64,000 nt of DNA, from the NCBI GenBank assembly GCA_023247055.1, contig JAHFHF010000002.1, positions 16,710 through 80,709 on the forward strand. Direction: 5' to 3'. The notes below the pieces were generated by a model that ran no database searches, was not told the DNA's origin, and saw only the letters and a list, made by a program, of their open reading frames with translations. How positions within the stretch are numbered: position 1 is the first letter of the stretch; each line of letters begins with the position of its first letter. Below, in pieces: positions 41,909 through 54,500 of this stretch. Source of the DNA: Candidatus Omnitrophota bacterium. GTDB lineage: Bacteria > Omnitrophota > Omnitrophia > Omnitrophales > Aquincolibacteriaceae. The position numbers and the translations under genes are program-made.

Positions 41909-42501
41909 TACGCATTCTCCTGCCGGGCCGGTTTTGGCTGTTTTTTAATAAAGGGCAGCCCCATGAGCTCCAGCAGCCGCTTGGCTTCTGCGTCAGACTG
42001 TGATGTCGTTACGATCGTCACGTCCATACCCTGAGTTTTTTTGATCTTATCAAATTCAACTTCCGGAAAAATAATCTGCTCTTGAATGCCAAGGGTGTAG
42101 TTTCCGCGGCCGTCAAAACTTTTATCGCTATAACCCCGGAAGTCGCGGATGCGCGGCATCGCAATCGAAAATAACCGGTCCAGAAATTCATACATGCGCG
42201 CGCCGCGCAGCGTCACTTTGGCGCCGATCGGCTGGCCCTGGCGCAGCTTAAAAGCCGAAATAGATTTCTTGGCGCGTGTCACAACCGGCTTTTGCCCGGT
42301 AATGACCGCCAGTTCGCCCACTACATGTTCGAGAATTTTAACGTCTTCTTTGCCTTCTTTGATGCCCATATTGACCACGACTTTGACAAGCCGGGGAACG
42401 CGCATCACATTCGCGTATTTAAACTCCTGCGAAAGCGCGGGAACGACGCTTTCGCGGTAACGAATGAGCAGATTTGGTTTTTTTGAATTGACCGTTGTCA
42501 T
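41908..42501 (-). CDS. rplE: 50S ribosomal protein L5
   Basis: [21 protein letters not shown]. Confidence 0.98.
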   Translation of the reverse strand: MTTVNSKKPNLLIRYRESVVPALSQEFKYANVMRVPRLVKVVVNMGIKEGKEDVKILEHVVGELAVITGQKPVVTRAKKSISAFKLRQGQPIGAKVTLRGARMYEFLDRLFSIAMPRIRDFRGYSDKSFDGRGNYTLGIQEQIIFPEVEFDKIKKTQGMDVTIVTTSQSDAEAKRLLELMGLPFIKKQPKPARQENA

Positions 42502-42806
42502 AACACTTCGCCTGATTTTTTACTGACGCGTTGTTTGGTGCCGTCAGCCAAAAACGTGTAGCCAATACGCGTCGGCTTGCCGGTGCGCGGACAGATCAGC
42601 ATGACTTTGGACGCGGAAATGGGCACTTCCATCTTAGAGATACCGCCCTTGGGGTTCTGCTGGCTTTTGCGCATGTAAAACGTACGGTAGTTGATTTTCT
42701 CAACAATCACGCTGTTTTTGGCAGGTAGAACTTGGAGCACTTTACCCTTTTTGCCGCGGTCTTTTCCCGCCGTTACAATGACTTGATCATCTTTCTTGAG
42801 ACGCAT
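42498..42806 (-). CDS. rplX: 50S ribosomal protein L24
   Basis: KOW motif AGKDRGKKG. Confidence 0.96.
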   Translation of the reverse strand: MRLKKDDQVIVTAGKDRGKKGKVLQVLPAKNSVIVEKINYRTFYMRKSQQNPKGGISKMEVPISASKVMLICPRTGKPTRIGYTFLADGTKQRVSKKSGEVL

Positions 42807-42808
42807 GA

Positions 42809-43177
42809 TTACAATACCTCGGGTGCCAGTGAAATAATTTTTGTAAATTGCCGGTCACGCAGCTCACGGGCCACGGGCCCAAAAATGCGCGTGCCGCGCG
42901 GATTTTTTGCATTGTCGATAAGCACGAGCGCGTTGGATGAAAACTTGACCACCGAACCATCTTTACGCTTAATTGGCGAACGGGTACGGACAATCACACC
43001 CTTAACCACCTCGCCTTTTTTGACGCTTCCTTTTGGAATCGCTTCTTTGACGGAAGCCGTAATAATGTCGCCGATTTCAGCCGTTCTTTTTCCGTGACGG
43101 CCGATCACACCGATCATGGAAGCTTTTTTTGCGCCGCTGTTATCTGCGATCTGCAAAATGGAACGGATTTGGATCAT
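42809..43177 (-). CDS. rplN: 50S ribosomal protein L14
   Basis: [26 protein letters not shown]. Confidence 0.98.
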   Translation of the reverse strand: MIQIRSILQIADNSGAKKASMIGVIGRHGKRTAEIGDIITASVKEAIPKGSVKKGEVVKGVIVRTRSPIKRKDGSVVKFSSNALVLIDNAKNPRGTRIFGPVARELRDRQFTKIISLAPEVL

Positions 43178-43437
43178 GACGCAAGCACCTTGATTAAACG
43201 CCAGCGCTTTGTTTTTGAAAGCGGGCGTGTCTGAATAATACGGACTTTGTCACCGGCCTTGGATTGATTGGTATCGTCGTGCACGGCGTATTTGATTTTA
43301 CGGCGAATCGTCTTTTTGAACTGCGAATGCGTCATCAGCCGCGTCACTTCTACAATGCGGGTCTTGTCCATCTTGTCGCTGACGACAACCCCTTCACGCA
43401 CCTGGCCTTTATCAACGTTTGCGTTTTCCACAACCAA
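43174..43437 (-). CDS. rpsQ: 30S ribosomal protein S17
   Basis: [21 protein letters not shown]. Confidence 0.97.
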   Translation of the reverse strand: MVVENANVDKGQVREGVVVSDKMDKTRIVEVTRLMTHSQFKKTIRRKIKYAVHDDTNQSKAGDKVRIIQTRPLSKTKRWRLIKVLAS

Positions 43438-43446
43438 CCTCGTAAG

Positions 43447-43746
43447 TTATTTGCTGGATTTTACCGGCGTTTTCTTAACGGTTTTTTTGGCAGTTTCTTT
43501 TTTGACGGCTGCCGGCTTCACAGTCTTGGCTTTGACCGGGGCTTGCACTTCCACCCCCGCGGCTTTTTGTTCCTGGATAACCGTCAAAAGACGGGCAATA
43601 TCCCGCCGTGTCAGTTTCAGGCTGTTTTTGGTTTCGAGTTTCCCGGTCTTCGCTTGAAAGCGAAATTGCATCAGGTTCTTCTTGAGCTGAGAAACTTTTT
43701 CCTGCAGTTCGTCGATTCCCAAATTTCTAACATCCGCGATTTTCAT
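43447..43746 (-). CDS. rpmC: 50S ribosomal protein L29 with Lys-rich tail
   Basis: RRDIARLLT; lies between rplP and rpsQ. Confidence 0.93.
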   Translation of the reverse strand: MKIADVRNLGIDELQEKVSQLKKNLMQFRFQAKTGKLETKNSLKLTRRDIARLLTVIQEQKAAGVEVQAPVKAKTVKPAAVKKETAKKTVKKTPVKSSK

Positions 43747-43749
43747 AGA

Positions 43750-44166
43750 TTAAACCTCTGTCCGTCGCACAAACTTGGTGCGAAAGGGGATCTTATGAGC
43801 GCAAAGACGCAGGGCCGACTTAGCCAACTGCTCTGGAATCCCCCCCATTTCAAAAATAATACGGCCGGGCTTGACCTTGACGATGTAATATTCCGGCGCG
43901 CCCTTACCCTTACCCATGCGGGTTTCCGCAGGTTTTTTCGTATAAGAATGATCCGGGAAAACGCGCAGCCAGACTTTTCCACCGCGCTTCACATGACGCG
44001 TCAGCGCCACGCGCGCCGCTTCAATTTGAATGCCCGTGAGATTACCGCGATCAAGCGCCTTCAAGGCAAAATCACCGAACGCAATACTGCTGCCGCGCGT
44101 TGCAATACCGCCCATCCACCCGCGCTGCTGTTTACGAAACTTGACCCGTTTCGGCTGTAAGGCCAT
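43750..44166 (-). CDS. rplP: 50S ribosomal protein L16
   Basis: QIEAAR, RMGKGKG. Confidence 0.98.
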   Translation of the reverse strand: MALQPKRVKFRKQQRGWMGGIATRGSSIAFGDFALKALDRGNLTGIQIEAARVALTRHVKRGGKVWLRVFPDHSYTKKPAETRMGKGKGAPEYYIVKVKPGRIIFEMGGIPEQLAKSALRLCAHKIPFRTKFVRRTEV

Positions 44167-44168
44167 GA

Positions 44169-44948
44169 TTAATTCCCTTTGCTTTCTTCAGTCGCATCAG
44201 AAACAGCCGGCGCATCCGTCTTCACGACACTTTCAGCCGCAGGAACGGCAGGTTCTGAGCCTGCGCGTTCTTCGGCCAAACGGCGGCGTTCCCGCTCTTG
44301 ACGAATGGCCGCTTCTTCTTTTTTGACCAAAATATCGCCCTTATAAACCCAGACTTTGCAGCCAATGACGCCGTAAGTCGTAAACGCTTCGGCAAAACCG
44401 TAATCAATGTCAGCCCGCAGGGTGGTCAAAGGGACTTTGCCTTCATGGTAGCCTTCTTCTCGGGCAATTTCAGCGCCGCCCAAACGGCCCTTGCATTTGA
44501 CCTTGATTCCCAAGGCGCCTTTTTGCATGGCGCCCTGAACCGCTTTTTTCATTGCCCGGCGGAAACCGATGCGTTTTTCCAGCTGCCCCGTAATATTTTC
44601 AGCCACAAGCTGCGCATCCGTCTGCGGCGACTTGACTTCTTTAATATCCAAAAAGACTTCACTCTTCGTAAGCTTGTTCAAGCCCTCGCGGATCTTGTCA
44701 ATTTCCTGGCCGCGGCGGCCGATGATGACGCCCGGACGGGCCGTAAAAATACGGACGCGGATGCGGCCTGTGGACCGCTCGATCTCAATGTTAGAAATCC
44801 CCGCATGCGCCAGGGTTTTCTTCACATGCTTGCGGACACTAATATCTTCTTCAAGCGTATTGGCAAGGTTCTTTCCTGCGAACCATCGGCTCTTCCATGG
44901 CTTGATGTATCCCAGTCTCAGTCCGTACGGATGCGCTTTCTGACCCAA
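44169..44948 (-). CDS. rpsC: 30S ribosomal protein S3
   Basis: [26 protein letters not shown]. Confidence 0.98.
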   Translation of the reverse strand: MGQKAHPYGLRLGYIKPWKSRWFAGKNLANTLEEDISVRKHVKKTLAHAGISNIEIERSTGRIRVRIFTARPGVIIGRRGQEIDKIREGLNKLTKSEVFLDIKEVKSPQTDAQLVAENITGQLEKRIGFRRAMKKAVQGAMQKGALGIKVKCKGRLGGAEIAREEGYHEGKVPLTTLRADIDYGFAEAFTTYGVIGCKVWVYKGDILVKKEEAAIRQERERRRLAEERAGSEPAVPAAESVVKTDAPAVSDATEESKGN

Positions 44949-44959
44949 GATATTCCCCC

Positions 44960-45445
44960 TTATGCCTTTGCCGCGGCTTTGGTCTTGCGCTTTTTCGGCG
45001 CAGCCTCTACAGCCCCGGCTTGTTCGGCCGCTGCAGTGGATTTGACCGCAGGTTGTCCAAAACTTTTGTTGCCTTCAGTCAAAACGATCGATAAGTGGCT
45101 TGTGCGCTTAAGAAGACGGTCGGCACGGCCCATCGAACGCGGCATAAAGCGCTTCAGCGTAAACGAAGCATCCGCACGAAAGTCCGTGATCAAAAGCCGG
45201 GTTTCATCCAGGCCGCTGCCTTTGGCATTGGCCACGGCGCTTTTCAGGACTTTGCCGGCAATGCGTGCGCCCTTCTGGGGCAGCGTAGCCAAAATGTCCA
45301 AAGCCTGCAGGGCCGGTTTTTTCCGGACCGCTCCAATCACGCGGCGCAGTTTCCGCGGTGAAATTCTCAGGTACCGGGCAATCGCTTTCGAGCATTTCGG
45401 ATTTCCCGGATGCCGTTCTTTATGTGATTTTTTTCCCATAATCAT
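44960..45445 (-). CDS. rplV: 50S ribosomal protein L22
   Basis: [16 protein letters not shown]. Confidence 0.97.
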   Translation of the reverse strand: MIMGKKSHKERHPGNPKCSKAIARYLRISPRKLRRVIGAVRKKPALQALDILATLPQKGARIAGKVLKSAVANAKGSGLDETRLLITDFRADASFTLKRFMPRSMGRADRLLKRTSHLSIVLTEGNKSFGQPAVKSTAAAEQAGAVEAAPKKRKTKAAAKA

Positions 45446-45450
45446 TCAGC

Positions 45451-45750
45451 TTAGGTTTTAGCGCCTACAGCGGCGGCCTTGGTTTTGTCCTGCGAAGTGC
45501 TGTGTTTCTTAAATGTGCGGGTCGGGGAAAATTCACCCAGCTTATGCCCGACCATGTTTTCCAGCACAAAAACGTTGTTAAAAATTTTTCCGTTATGCAC
45601 GGCAAAAGTCAGCCCCACAAATTCAGGCGTTATCGTGCTTCGGCGGGACCAGGTCTTAATCGGCCGGCGGTCATTTTGTTTTTTGGCCACTTTGACTTTT
45701 TCATACAATCTCTCGTCTACAAAAACGCCTTTTTTTGATGAACGGCTCAT
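45451..45750 (-). CDS. rpsS: 30S ribosomal protein S19
   Basis: [21 protein letters not shown]; start placed at ATG 45750. Confidence 0.97.
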   Translation of the reverse strand: MSRSSKKGVFVDERLYEKVKVAKKQNDRRPIKTWSRRSTITPEFVGLTFAVHNGKIFNNVFVLENMVGHKLGEFSPTRTFKKHSTSQDKTKAAAVGAKT

Positions 45751-46574
45751 TTTCTCCGGTCCCTCACGATGTACTTGCCGCTGGCTTTTTTGCGTTTGCG
45801 GGTTTTCAGTCCTTTGGATTTCTGGCCCCATGGGCTCTGGGGATGATTACCGCCCTTTGACTTACCTTCGCCGCCGCCCATCGGATGGTCGACAGGATTT
45901 TTTGCAATGCCGCGCGTTTTGCCCTTGCGTCCGAGCCAACGGGTGCGCCCGGCTTTTCCAAGCACCAGGTTTTCTTTATCAATGTGCGAACACTGCCCCA
46001 CGGTTGCAAAAGCATTCAGGCTCACCATACGAATTTCACCTGAAGGCATTTTCAAATGCGCAAAATCGTTTTCTTTTGAAAGAATCTGCGCCACGCCGCC
46101 GGCGGCACGCACGAGTTTACCGCCCAAACCAGGCTGAATTTCAATGTTGTGTACCGGAGTTCCTTCCGGAATATTGCGCAGGGGCACGTGATTGCCAATG
46201 CGGATTTCCGCTTGAGGCCCGCTCATCACCGTTTCGCCGACTTTCAGGCTGTCCGGGCACAAAATATAGCTTTTTTCGCCGCCTTGATACTCGATAAGCG
46301 CAATGCGCGAAGTGCGGCACGGGTCATATTCAACGGTCAACACCTGGGCCGCGACGCCATGACGCGGACGTTTAAAGTCCACGAGACGCAGACGCTGCTT
46401 GTGTCCGCCTGAAATGCCACGTGATGTAATGCGGCCGTGATTGTTGCGGCCGCCCGTTCTTTTCAACGCCACTGTCAACGGACGATACGGTTTGTCTGCA
46501 GTCAATTCGGCAAAGTCAGCGCTATTGCCAAAACGGCGCGTTGGTGTCGTCGGTTTAAATTTAATATAAGCCAC
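45747..46574 (-). CDS. rplB: 50S ribosomal protein L2
   Basis: [26 protein letters not shown]; start placed at GTG 46574. Confidence 0.98.
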   Translation of the reverse strand: MAYIKFKPTTPTRRFGNSADFAELTADKPYRPLTVALKRTGGRNNHGRITSRGISGGHKQRLRLVDFKRPRHGVAAQVLTVEYDPCRTSRIALIEYQGGEKSYILCPDSLKVGETVMSGPQAEIRIGNHVPLRNIPEGTPVHNIEIQPGLGGKLVRAAGGVAQILSKENDFAHLKMPSGEIRMVSLNAFATVGQCSHIDKENLVLGKAGRTRWLGRKGKTRGIAKNPVDHPMGGGEGKSKGGNHPQSPWGQKSKGLKTRKRKKASGKYIVRDRRK

Positions 46575-46585
46575 AGGAGTCTCTC

Positions 46586-46873
46586 TTAAGTCGTAATGTC
46601 GATTTTTTCGCCGGTTTTTAAAGTCACAATCGCTTTCTTCCACGCCGCAGTCCGGCCCGGTTGAAACCGGACTCTGCGCCATTTGCCTTGCTTGTTCATG
46701 GTATTCACGCTGGTCACATGCACATTAAACATCTTTTCAATACTGGACTTAATTTGTTTCTTATTCGCGTCCGCATGCACCTTGAACGCATATTTACCCT
46801 GTGATTCTTCCTGCGCCGCTATTTTTTCAGTAATTACCGGCTCCAAAATCACATCATAGACATGCAGTTTCAT
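46586..46873 (-). CDS. rplW: 50S ribosomal protein L23
   Basis: PVITEK, WKKAIVTL. Confidence 0.96.
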   Translation of the reverse strand: MKLHVYDVILEPVITEKIAAQEESQGKYAFKVHADANKKQIKSSIEKMFNVHVTSVNTMNKQGKWRRVRFQPGRTAAWKKAIVTLKTGEKIDITT

Positions 46874-46884
46874 AAAATTTTTCC

Positions 46885-47535
46885 TTACTCAGCTTTTGCG
46901 GTTTGAGCCGCGCCCACGGCCGCTTCAAGAACCGGCAGAGCGTCTTCTTCGATAATTAATTTCGTCCGGCGCAGCACATGATAAGCATTCAGGTCTGCAG
47001 CTTTGCGCACTCTCACCCACTCGCTCATATTCCGGCTGGCGCGTTTCAGCGGCTCACCGAAATCTTTCACCACGCACAAAGTGCTTTTGCCTTGAACCGG
47101 CAGCGCTGAAAAAAGTTTGACGAGCTCTTTGGTTTTTCCGTTCTGTGACTGGACCGCTTCTAAGACAACGATGTTGTTTTCGCTCGCACGCAGCGAAAGC
47201 GCCGAAACCAAGGCTTGTTTTTTCATGCCCTTCGGCAGATTCACGTAGTAACTGCGAGGGTGCGGACCAAAAACCGTGCCGCCGCCGCGCCAAACTGGAG
47301 AGCGGGTGGAGCCGGCACGCGCACGGCCTGTACCCTTTTGCTTCCAGGGTTTCTTGCCACCGCCGCGCACATCTTTGCGCGTTTTGGTCTGGGCAGTGCC
47401 ATGGCGCAAATTGGCGGCAAAGGCCTTGTTCACAAGAGCCAGCAGACGCTTATTGACGCGCGCGCCAAACAACGCGGCGCTAAGCTCGACGTCTTTTTGC
47501 TTTTTTCCCTCTTTAGAGTAAAGGGGTACCTTCAT
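46885..47535 (-). CDS. rplD: 50S ribosomal protein L4
   Basis: KKPWKQKGTGRAR.GS.RSP.WRGGG. Confidence 0.98.
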   Translation of the reverse strand: MKVPLYSKEGKKQKDVELSAALFGARVNKRLLALVNKAFAANLRHGTAQTKTRKDVRGGGKKPWKQKGTGRARAGSTRSPVWRGGGTVFGPHPRSYYVNLPKGMKKQALVSALSLRASENNIVVLEAVQSQNGKTKELVKLFSALPVQGKSTLCVVKDFGEPLKRASRNMSEWVRVRKAADLNAYHVLRRTKLIIEEDALPVLEAAVGAAQTAKAE

Positions 47536-47565
47536 AAATTTAAATTTTCCTCAGTTCGTCAAATT

Positions 47566-48279
47566 TTAAGATTGAACGGCCGCGGTTTCGGAACCGGTCT
47601 GGCTGGCATCCGTCTTCAATTTCCACTTACGCCCTTTGGCGGGTCTTTTCAAAGCCATTCTTACCACAAGGCACGTGCCTTCAGCGCCGGGGACCGCACC
47701 GCGCAAAGCTAGAATGCTTTGCTCGGAATCGACTTTGACGACAGCCAAATTTTGGACCGTAATCAGATCCTGCCCCATATGCCCAGGCAAACGCTTTCCC
47801 TTGCGAACTTTTTTCCGGCAGCCATTGCCGCCGGCGCGCGAACCGATACCACCCGGCTCACGTCCCATTTTTGTACCATGGGCGCCGTAACCGCCTTTGA
47901 AATGATGGCGTTTGACAACACCCTGAAAACCTTTTCCGATTGAAACGCCGGAGACATCCACATAATCACCCGGCTGAAACATGCTGACATCAACCGCTTT
48001 AGCGAGATCCACGCCTTCAACTTCGTCCGTACGGATTTCGCGCACAAACCGCATCGCCGGCAAGTGCAGCTTTTTAGCGGCGCCAAGTTCGGCTTTATTC
48101 GCATGCTTTTCTTTGAGCGGATCCAATCCAAGCTGGACTGCGGAATAACCCTCTTTGTCCTTCTTGCGCAGCGCCGTCACATGGCAGGAAGTCGCATCGA
48201 TCAGGGTGACGGGGACTTGGCGGCCCTCTTCATCAAAGATCTGCGTCATGCCAATTTTTTTTCCAAGCAATCCGATCAT
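47566..48279 (-). CDS. rplC: 50S ribosomal protein L3
   Basis: [23 protein letters not shown]. Confidence 0.98.
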   Translation of the reverse strand: MIGLLGKKIGMTQIFDEEGRQVPVTLIDATSCHVTALRKKDKEGYSAVQLGLDPLKEKHANKAELGAAKKLHLPAMRFVREIRTDEVEGVDLAKAVDVSMFQPGDYVDVSGVSIGKGFQGVVKRHHFKGGYGAHGTKMGREPGGIGSRAGGNGCRKKVRKGKRLPGHMGQDLITVQNLAVVKVDSEQSILALRGAVPGAEGTCLVVRMALKRPAKGRKWKLKTDASQTGSETAAVQS

Positions 48280-48587
48280 AACTTGATTTCCACATCCACA
48301 CCGGCCGGCAGATCTAGTTTCATCAAGGCATCAACCGTACGGGACGTGGGCTCCTCAATCGCAATAAGACGTTTGTGTGTTCTGACTTCAAATTGATCGC
48401 GGGACTTTTTATCAATCGTCGGACCGCGCAGCACGGTGGTCTTCCAGATCTGCGTCGGAAGAGGAACCGGCCCGATCACTTTGGCGCCCGTGCGTTTGGC
48501 CGTTCCCACAATTTCAAGAACCGACTGGTCCAAAATGCGGTGGTCATACGCTTTGAGTTTAATTCTGATTTTTTCTTTAACGGCCAT
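48276..48587 (-). CDS. rpsJ: 30S ribosomal protein S10
   Basis: [22 protein letters not shown]. Confidence 0.98.
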   Translation of the reverse strand: MAVKEKIRIKLKAYDHRILDQSVLEIVGTAKRTGAKVIGPVPLPTQIWKTTVLRGPTIDKKSRDQFEVRTHKRLIAIEEPTSRTVDALMKLDLPAGVDVEIKL

Positions 48588-48594
48588 AGGTCCC

Positions 48595-50679
48595 TCAGCT
48601 TACCATGATTTTTTCAGCGATTTGACGAGGCACTTCCTGGTAGCTGTTAGGCTCCATGGAGTACGTTGCCCGGCCCTGAGAAAGGGAGCGCGTCGCCGTT
48701 GCGTAACCAAACATTTCGGCCAAAGGCACAAGACCCTTAACCGTTTTCAAATGGCCTTTGTTCGCCATTTCCTGAATGATGCAGCGGCGGGAATTTAAAT
48801 CGCCAATAATGTCGCCCATATACTCATCGGGAACGACAACTTCGACCAGCATCATCGGCTCCAGAAGAACGGGCTTTGCCTTTCTGAAGGCTTCTTTAAA
48901 ACCAAGAATACCCGCCATCTTAAAAGCAATTTCGGAAGAGTCGACGTCGTGGTAGCTGCCGTCTGTCACCGTGGCCTTCACGTCCGTCACTGGATAACCC
49001 GCCAACACACCATTCGTACAGGCATCCATCACACCCGCTTCAACCGCCGGGATGTATTCACGAGGAATCGAGCCTCCCACTGTTTCGTTGACAAACTCAA
49101 TGCCTTTGCCGCGTTCAAGCGGCTCGATCTTAATGTAGCAATGACCGTACTGACCGCGGCCGCCGGTTTGTTTGATAAATTTACCTTCGGCTTCGGCACC
49201 GGCTGTAATCGTCTCGCGATACGCGACCTGCGGCTTACCCACATTAAGCAAAACGTTATATTCGCGTTTCATAATGTCCGTTTTAATATCAAGATGCAAT
49301 TCACCCATGCCGCCGATCAAGGTTTGGCCGGTTTCATGGTCGCTGCGTACACAGAACGTCGGGTCTTCCGCAACAAGACGCGTAATGGCTTCGGACATAC
49401 GATCACGGTCCGCTTTGGTTTTGGGCTCAACCGCCATCCAAATAACCGGCTCAGGAACGAACAAGGATTCCAATACAATCGGTTTATCTTCCACGCAAAG
49501 CGTGTCGCCCGTTTTAATTTCTTTCAGCCCGACGGCCGCCACGATATTTCCCGCGCCCGCCTCTTCGATTTATTCGCGTTTGTTTGAATGCATTAAAAGC
49601 AAACGGCCGATACGTTCTGTCCGGCCGTTGCGGGGATTGTAAACATAAGAACTTGAGGAAAGAACACCTGCATAGATGCGGATAAATGTAAGAGAACCGA
49701 CGAATTTATCGCTTGCGATTTTGAAGGCAAAACACGTCAAAGGCTCAGATTCAGAAGCTTTACGTTCAATGGCCAGGTCTTCTTTGCTGGGATCCATGCC
49801 CTTCGTCGGCGGCACATCCAAGGGAGAGGGCAGATAATCGACGACGGCATCTAAGAGCTGCTGAACGCCTTTATTTTTCAAGGCTGAGCCGCAAATGACG
49901 GGCGTCATCTTAAGCGCAATAGTCACCCGGCGGATCCCCGCTTTAAGTTCCTCGTTTGTCGGCAGCTGGCCTTCGAGATATTTATTCATAATCGCGTCAT
50001 CGAGTTCCGCGACTTTTTCAACCAAATGTTCACGGGCCTTTTTGGCTCTTTCGACTTGATCTGCGGGAATTTCAACCACGTCAAACTTGGCGCCAAGCGA
50101 ATCATCTTGGAAAATAATGGCTTTCATGAGGATAAGATCAATGATACCGATGAACAAATCTTCTTTACCCACATTGAGTTGAATCGGAACCGCATTTGCA
50201 CCCAACTGATCCTTCATTTGCTGCACGTTTTCTTCGAAGCGGGCGCCCGTACGGTCCATCTTATTGATAAATGCAATACGAGGAACATTGTAACGGTCGG
50301 CTTGACGCCAAACTGTTTCAGACTGGGGCTCTACACCTTCCACTGCGCCAAAAACGGCTACACAGCCATCCAGCACGCGCAGAGAACGTTCAACTTCAAT
50401 CGTAAAATCCACGTGGCCGGGAGTATCGATTAGATTAATGCGGCAATCTTTCCAAAAGCAAGTCGTCGCAGCGGACGTAATCGTGATGCCTCGTTCCTGC
50501 TCTTGCTCCATCCAATCCATAACTGCCGTACCTTCGTGCACTTCGCCGATTTTGTACGTGCGGCCGGTGTAATAAAGGATGCGTTCGCTCGTCGTGGTTT
50601 TACCGGCATCAATGTGCGCAGCAATTCCGATATTGCGAATGCGTTCAATGGGAAAATGGATTTTTTTGTCGTCGCTCAT
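48595..50679 (-). CDS. fusA: Elongation factor G interrupted by one in-frame TAA at 49570-49572 (sequence error or pseudogene)
   Basis: The 369-aa and 315-aa ORFs are in the same frame: [23 protein letters not shown]; read-through gives 694 codons; [21 protein letters not shown]. Confidence 0.93.
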
Positions 50680-50720
50680 AAAAAACTTCTATTCCTTAAA
50701 AATAAATTTTTCTAAAAATC

Positions 50721-51188
50721 TTACCAGCGGTAATGCGCAAAAGCCCGGTTCGACTCGGCCATCTTGTGCACGTCTTCACGCTTTTTCACAGACGAGCCGG
50801 TCTTTTGATAGCTGTCTAAGATTTCCTGCGCAAGTTTCACCCGCATGGGCTTTCCCTTGCGCTCGCGGGAATACTGACGAATCCAGCGCAGGGCCAGCGT
50901 GTAACCGCGGTCAGGTCTGACACTTACAGGGACCTGATAAGTTGCACCACCCACCCGGCGCGATTTGGTCTCAAGCAAAGGGCGGACATTATCTACTGCC
51001 TGCTTTAAAACTTCAAGAGGTTCTTTTCCGGTTTTCTCTTTGACGATTTCCATCATCCCATAGACAATACCCTGAGCAGTGGACTTTTTGCCTCTTTCCA
51101 TAACAATATTGATCAATTTAGCGATCAATTTGTCATTATAAATCGGATCCGGCAATATTTTACGTTTCGGTGCGCTGCGTCTTCTCAT
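50721..51188 (-). CDS. rpsG: 30S ribosomal protein S7
   Basis: [21 protein letters not shown]. Confidence 0.98.
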   Translation of the reverse strand: MRRRSAPKRKILPDPIYNDKLIAKLINIVMERGKKSTAQGIVYGMMEIVKEKTGKEPLEVLKQAVDNVRPLLETKSRRVGGATYQVPVSVRPDRGYTLALRWIRQYSRERKGKPMRVKLAQEILDSYQKTGSSVKKREDVHKMAESNRAFAHYRW

Positions 51189-51208
51189 GAGTTCTTAGAC
51201 CTCGTCCT

Positions 51209-51589
51209 TTAGGTTTTTTTAGGCGTCTTAGCGCCGTACTTGGAACGTGAACGGTTACGGCCGGCCACGCCGGTCGCATCCAGTTTTCCGCGCACGATGT
51301 GATAACGAACGCCGGGAAGATCTTTCACACGGCCTCCGCGCACGAGCACAATCGAGTGTTCTTGAAGATTATGTCCGACACCGGGAATGTATGCGGTCAC
51401 TTCCTGGCCGTTGGTCAAACGTACGCGCGCAATTTTACGCAGCGCCGAGTTTGGTTTTTTGGGCGTCTGAGTTCTGACGATCAAACAAACGCCTTTGCGA
51501 AACGGACAGTTTTGCAGGGCCGGCGATTTGGTTTTATTGCTAAACCGCCGTCTGCCTTTACGAATTAATTGATTGATGGTCGGAGCCAT
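51209..51589 (-). CDS. rpsL: 30S ribosomal protein S12
   Basis: [22 protein letters not shown]. Confidence 0.98.
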   Translation of the reverse strand: MAPTINQLIRKGRRRFSNKTKSPALQNCPFRKGVCLIVRTQTPKKPNSALRKIARVRLTNGQEVTAYIPGVGHNLQEHSIVLVRGGRVKDLPGVRYHIVRGKLDATGVAGRNRSRSKYGAKTPKKT

Positions 51590-54500
51590 TAGGCTTTCTC
51601 CTTTGCTTCTTGCGGCGCTTCCGCTGCTTTTGAAACATCAGGCAGAATTTCCGAAATTTCTTTTTTCATCTGGATTTGGCGGTGCTCCATGAAACCGGTT
51701 CCTGCCGGAATCAAGTGCCCCATGATGACGTTTTCTTTCAAGCCGAGCAGTTCGTCGCGCTTGCCGGCAGAAGCCGCTTCCGTCAAGACGCGCGTTGTTT
51801 CTTGGAAACTCGCGGCTGAAATAAAACTTTCGGTTGTCAGCGATGCCTTAGTAATACCGAGCAGAACCGCCGTCGCTTTTGCCGGCTCCTTACCCTTCTT
51901 GAGCATGGCCGCATTTTCCTGACCGAATTTGATTTTGTCAATGTGTGCGCCGACCAGGAATTCCGTATCGCCCGGATCTTCAATGCGCACTTTGCGCAGC
52001 ATCTGACGCACGATGATTTCCACGTGCTTGTCGTTGATCTTCACGCCCTGAAGCCGGTAAACTTCTTGGACTTCATTGACGAGGTATTCTTGCAAGCTGC
52101 GTTCCCCGGAAACCCGCAGAATATCCTGAGGAACCACGGGGCCGTCCACAAGCTGCTGGCCCGCGACCACCCGGTCACCTTTATAAACGTTCAGGTGTTT
52201 GCCATGCGGGATCAGATATTCTTTTTCCATGCCCGCGGAACTCTTGACCAAGATTTTTCTCTGGCCCTTGACCACATCACCGATCTCGACAATGCCGTCA
52301 ATTTCGGAAATGATCGCTGGGTTTTTGGGTTTGCGGGCTTCAAAAACTTCGGCTACACGCGGCAGACCGCCCGTGATATCGCGGGTTTTAGCAACTTTAC
52401 GCGGCGTTTTGGCAAGCAGAGTACCGCTGGTCACATCCTGACCGTCTTTGACCACAATATGCGCGCCCACCGGAATCGGGTAGAACGCCAGAATTTCTTC
52501 GCTGGCTCCGACAATAAGCAACTGCGGATGGAGTTCTTCGCGGTGATCCACAATCACGCGCTCGACCATACCCGTCGTGGCATTCATTTCTTCGTTCATG
52601 GTCACGCCCGCTTTGATGTCTTCAAAGCGAACCTTACCGGAAAGTTCCGTGAGAATCGGGACCGTATACGGGTCCCATTTCACAAAAATGTCGTCCTTCT
52701 TAACTTCCTGGCCGTCCTTCGTGCTGATGATCGCGCCTGAAGGAATCGTATAACGTTCCAACTCGCGGCCGCTCTGGTCCTGGATCGTCAACTGGCCGTT
52801 ACGATTCAAAACGATAATTTCGTTCTTGGTCGTAACAACAGTTTTCAGATTGTGATACTGCAGAAGGCCGCCGTTTTTGGCACGAAAATAGGATTGTTCA
52901 ACGATGTTGGACGCCGTACCGCCGATGTGAAAGGTCCTCATCGTCAGCTGCGTCCCAGGTTCGCCAATCGACTGGGCAGCGATAATACCGACCGCCGTGC
53001 CAAGTTCGACCATGCGGCCCGTTGAAAGATCGCGGCCATAGCATTTAGCGCAGCAGCCGCGGGTTGATTCACAGGTCAGCACCGAACGGATACGGATTTT
53101 TTCGATTCCAACTTCGTCCAAGCGGTCAGCAATTTTTTCATCGATGACTTCGCCCGACTTGACGATCAACTGATCGGTCACGACGTCGACGACGTTGTCC
53201 AGCGGAACGCGGCCCAAAATGCGGTCGCGCAGCGCCACGATCACTTCTTCGCCTTCGTACATCGGTTCGATAAAGATACCGCTCAAAGTTCCGCAGTCGT
53301 CCTCAGTCACGATCACATCTTGTGAAACGTCGACGAGACGGCGGGTCAAATAACCGGAGTCGGCAGTTTTGAGCGCCGTGTCTGCAAGGCCTTTGCGGGC
53401 TCCGTGCGTCGAGATGAAATACTCAAGCACGGTCAGACCTTCACGGAAATTGGCCGTGATCGGGCTTTCGATAATTTCCCCTGACGGCTTCGCCATCAAA
53501 CCGCGCATACCGGCCAGCTGACGAATCTGCTGTTTGGAACCACGCGCGCCGGAGTCAGCCATCATGAAAATCGGATTAAAAGAATCAAACATCGAAAACA
53601 TGCTGTCGGAAACAAGGTCCGTGACATGGGTCCAGATGTCGATGATTTTGTTGTAGCGTTCACCGGCCGTGATAATACCGTTGCGGTATTGGCTTTCGAT
53701 CGCCTGGACTTCTTTACGCGCATCGGTCAGCAGTTTCTCTTTCGTTGCTGGAATCTGGATATCGTCAATGCCGATGGAAATACCGGCTCGCGTCGCTTCT
53801 TCAAAACCAAGCGCCTTGAGGCGGTCCAACAGCAAGATAACTTCGCTATGACCGAATTGGCGGTAGCACTGGGCAATAATCTTCGCCAGCTTACCCTTGT
53901 CTATAACCTCGTTCACATAGCGGAAACCCTTGGGCAGAACTTGGTTGAATATAATGCGGCCCAGCGTCGTTTCGATGATCGAACCGTCCGCAACGCGCAA
54001 TTTACATTTGGCATGCTTGTGGATCTCTTTATCCTGATATGCAAAAATCGCTTCTTCGGCATCGGCAAAAACTGTTCCTTCGCCCTGCATCTTGTCCGCG
54101 ATTTTGGTGAGGTAGTAGATACCAAGCACGATGTCCTGCGAAGGCGTCGTAATCGGATTGCCGCTGGCAGGCGAGAAAACGTTGTTGGCAGAAAGCATAA
54201 GCACCCAGCATTCCATTTGCGCTTCCATAGACAACGGAACGTGAACGGCCATCTGGTCACCGTCAAAGTCGGCGTTAAACGCAGCGCAGACCAGCGGATG
54301 AATACGGATGGCTTTGCCTTCGATCAAGACAGGCTCGAACGCTTGAATACCGAGACGGTGCAGCGTCGGCGCGCGGTTCAGAAGCACCGGATGCTCCCGG
54401 ATAACTTCTTCAAGAATGTCCCAGACTTCGGGTTTGACGCGCTCGACCATTTTCTTGGCCGAACGGATCGTGTGGACATGGCCGCGTTCTTTGAGCTTGC

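Noticed and set aside
49570-49572. TAA reassignment or programmed frameshift in fusA
   Set aside because: Both halves are in the same frame, and TAA is the normal stop of many conserved genes here (efp, rpsG, rplL).
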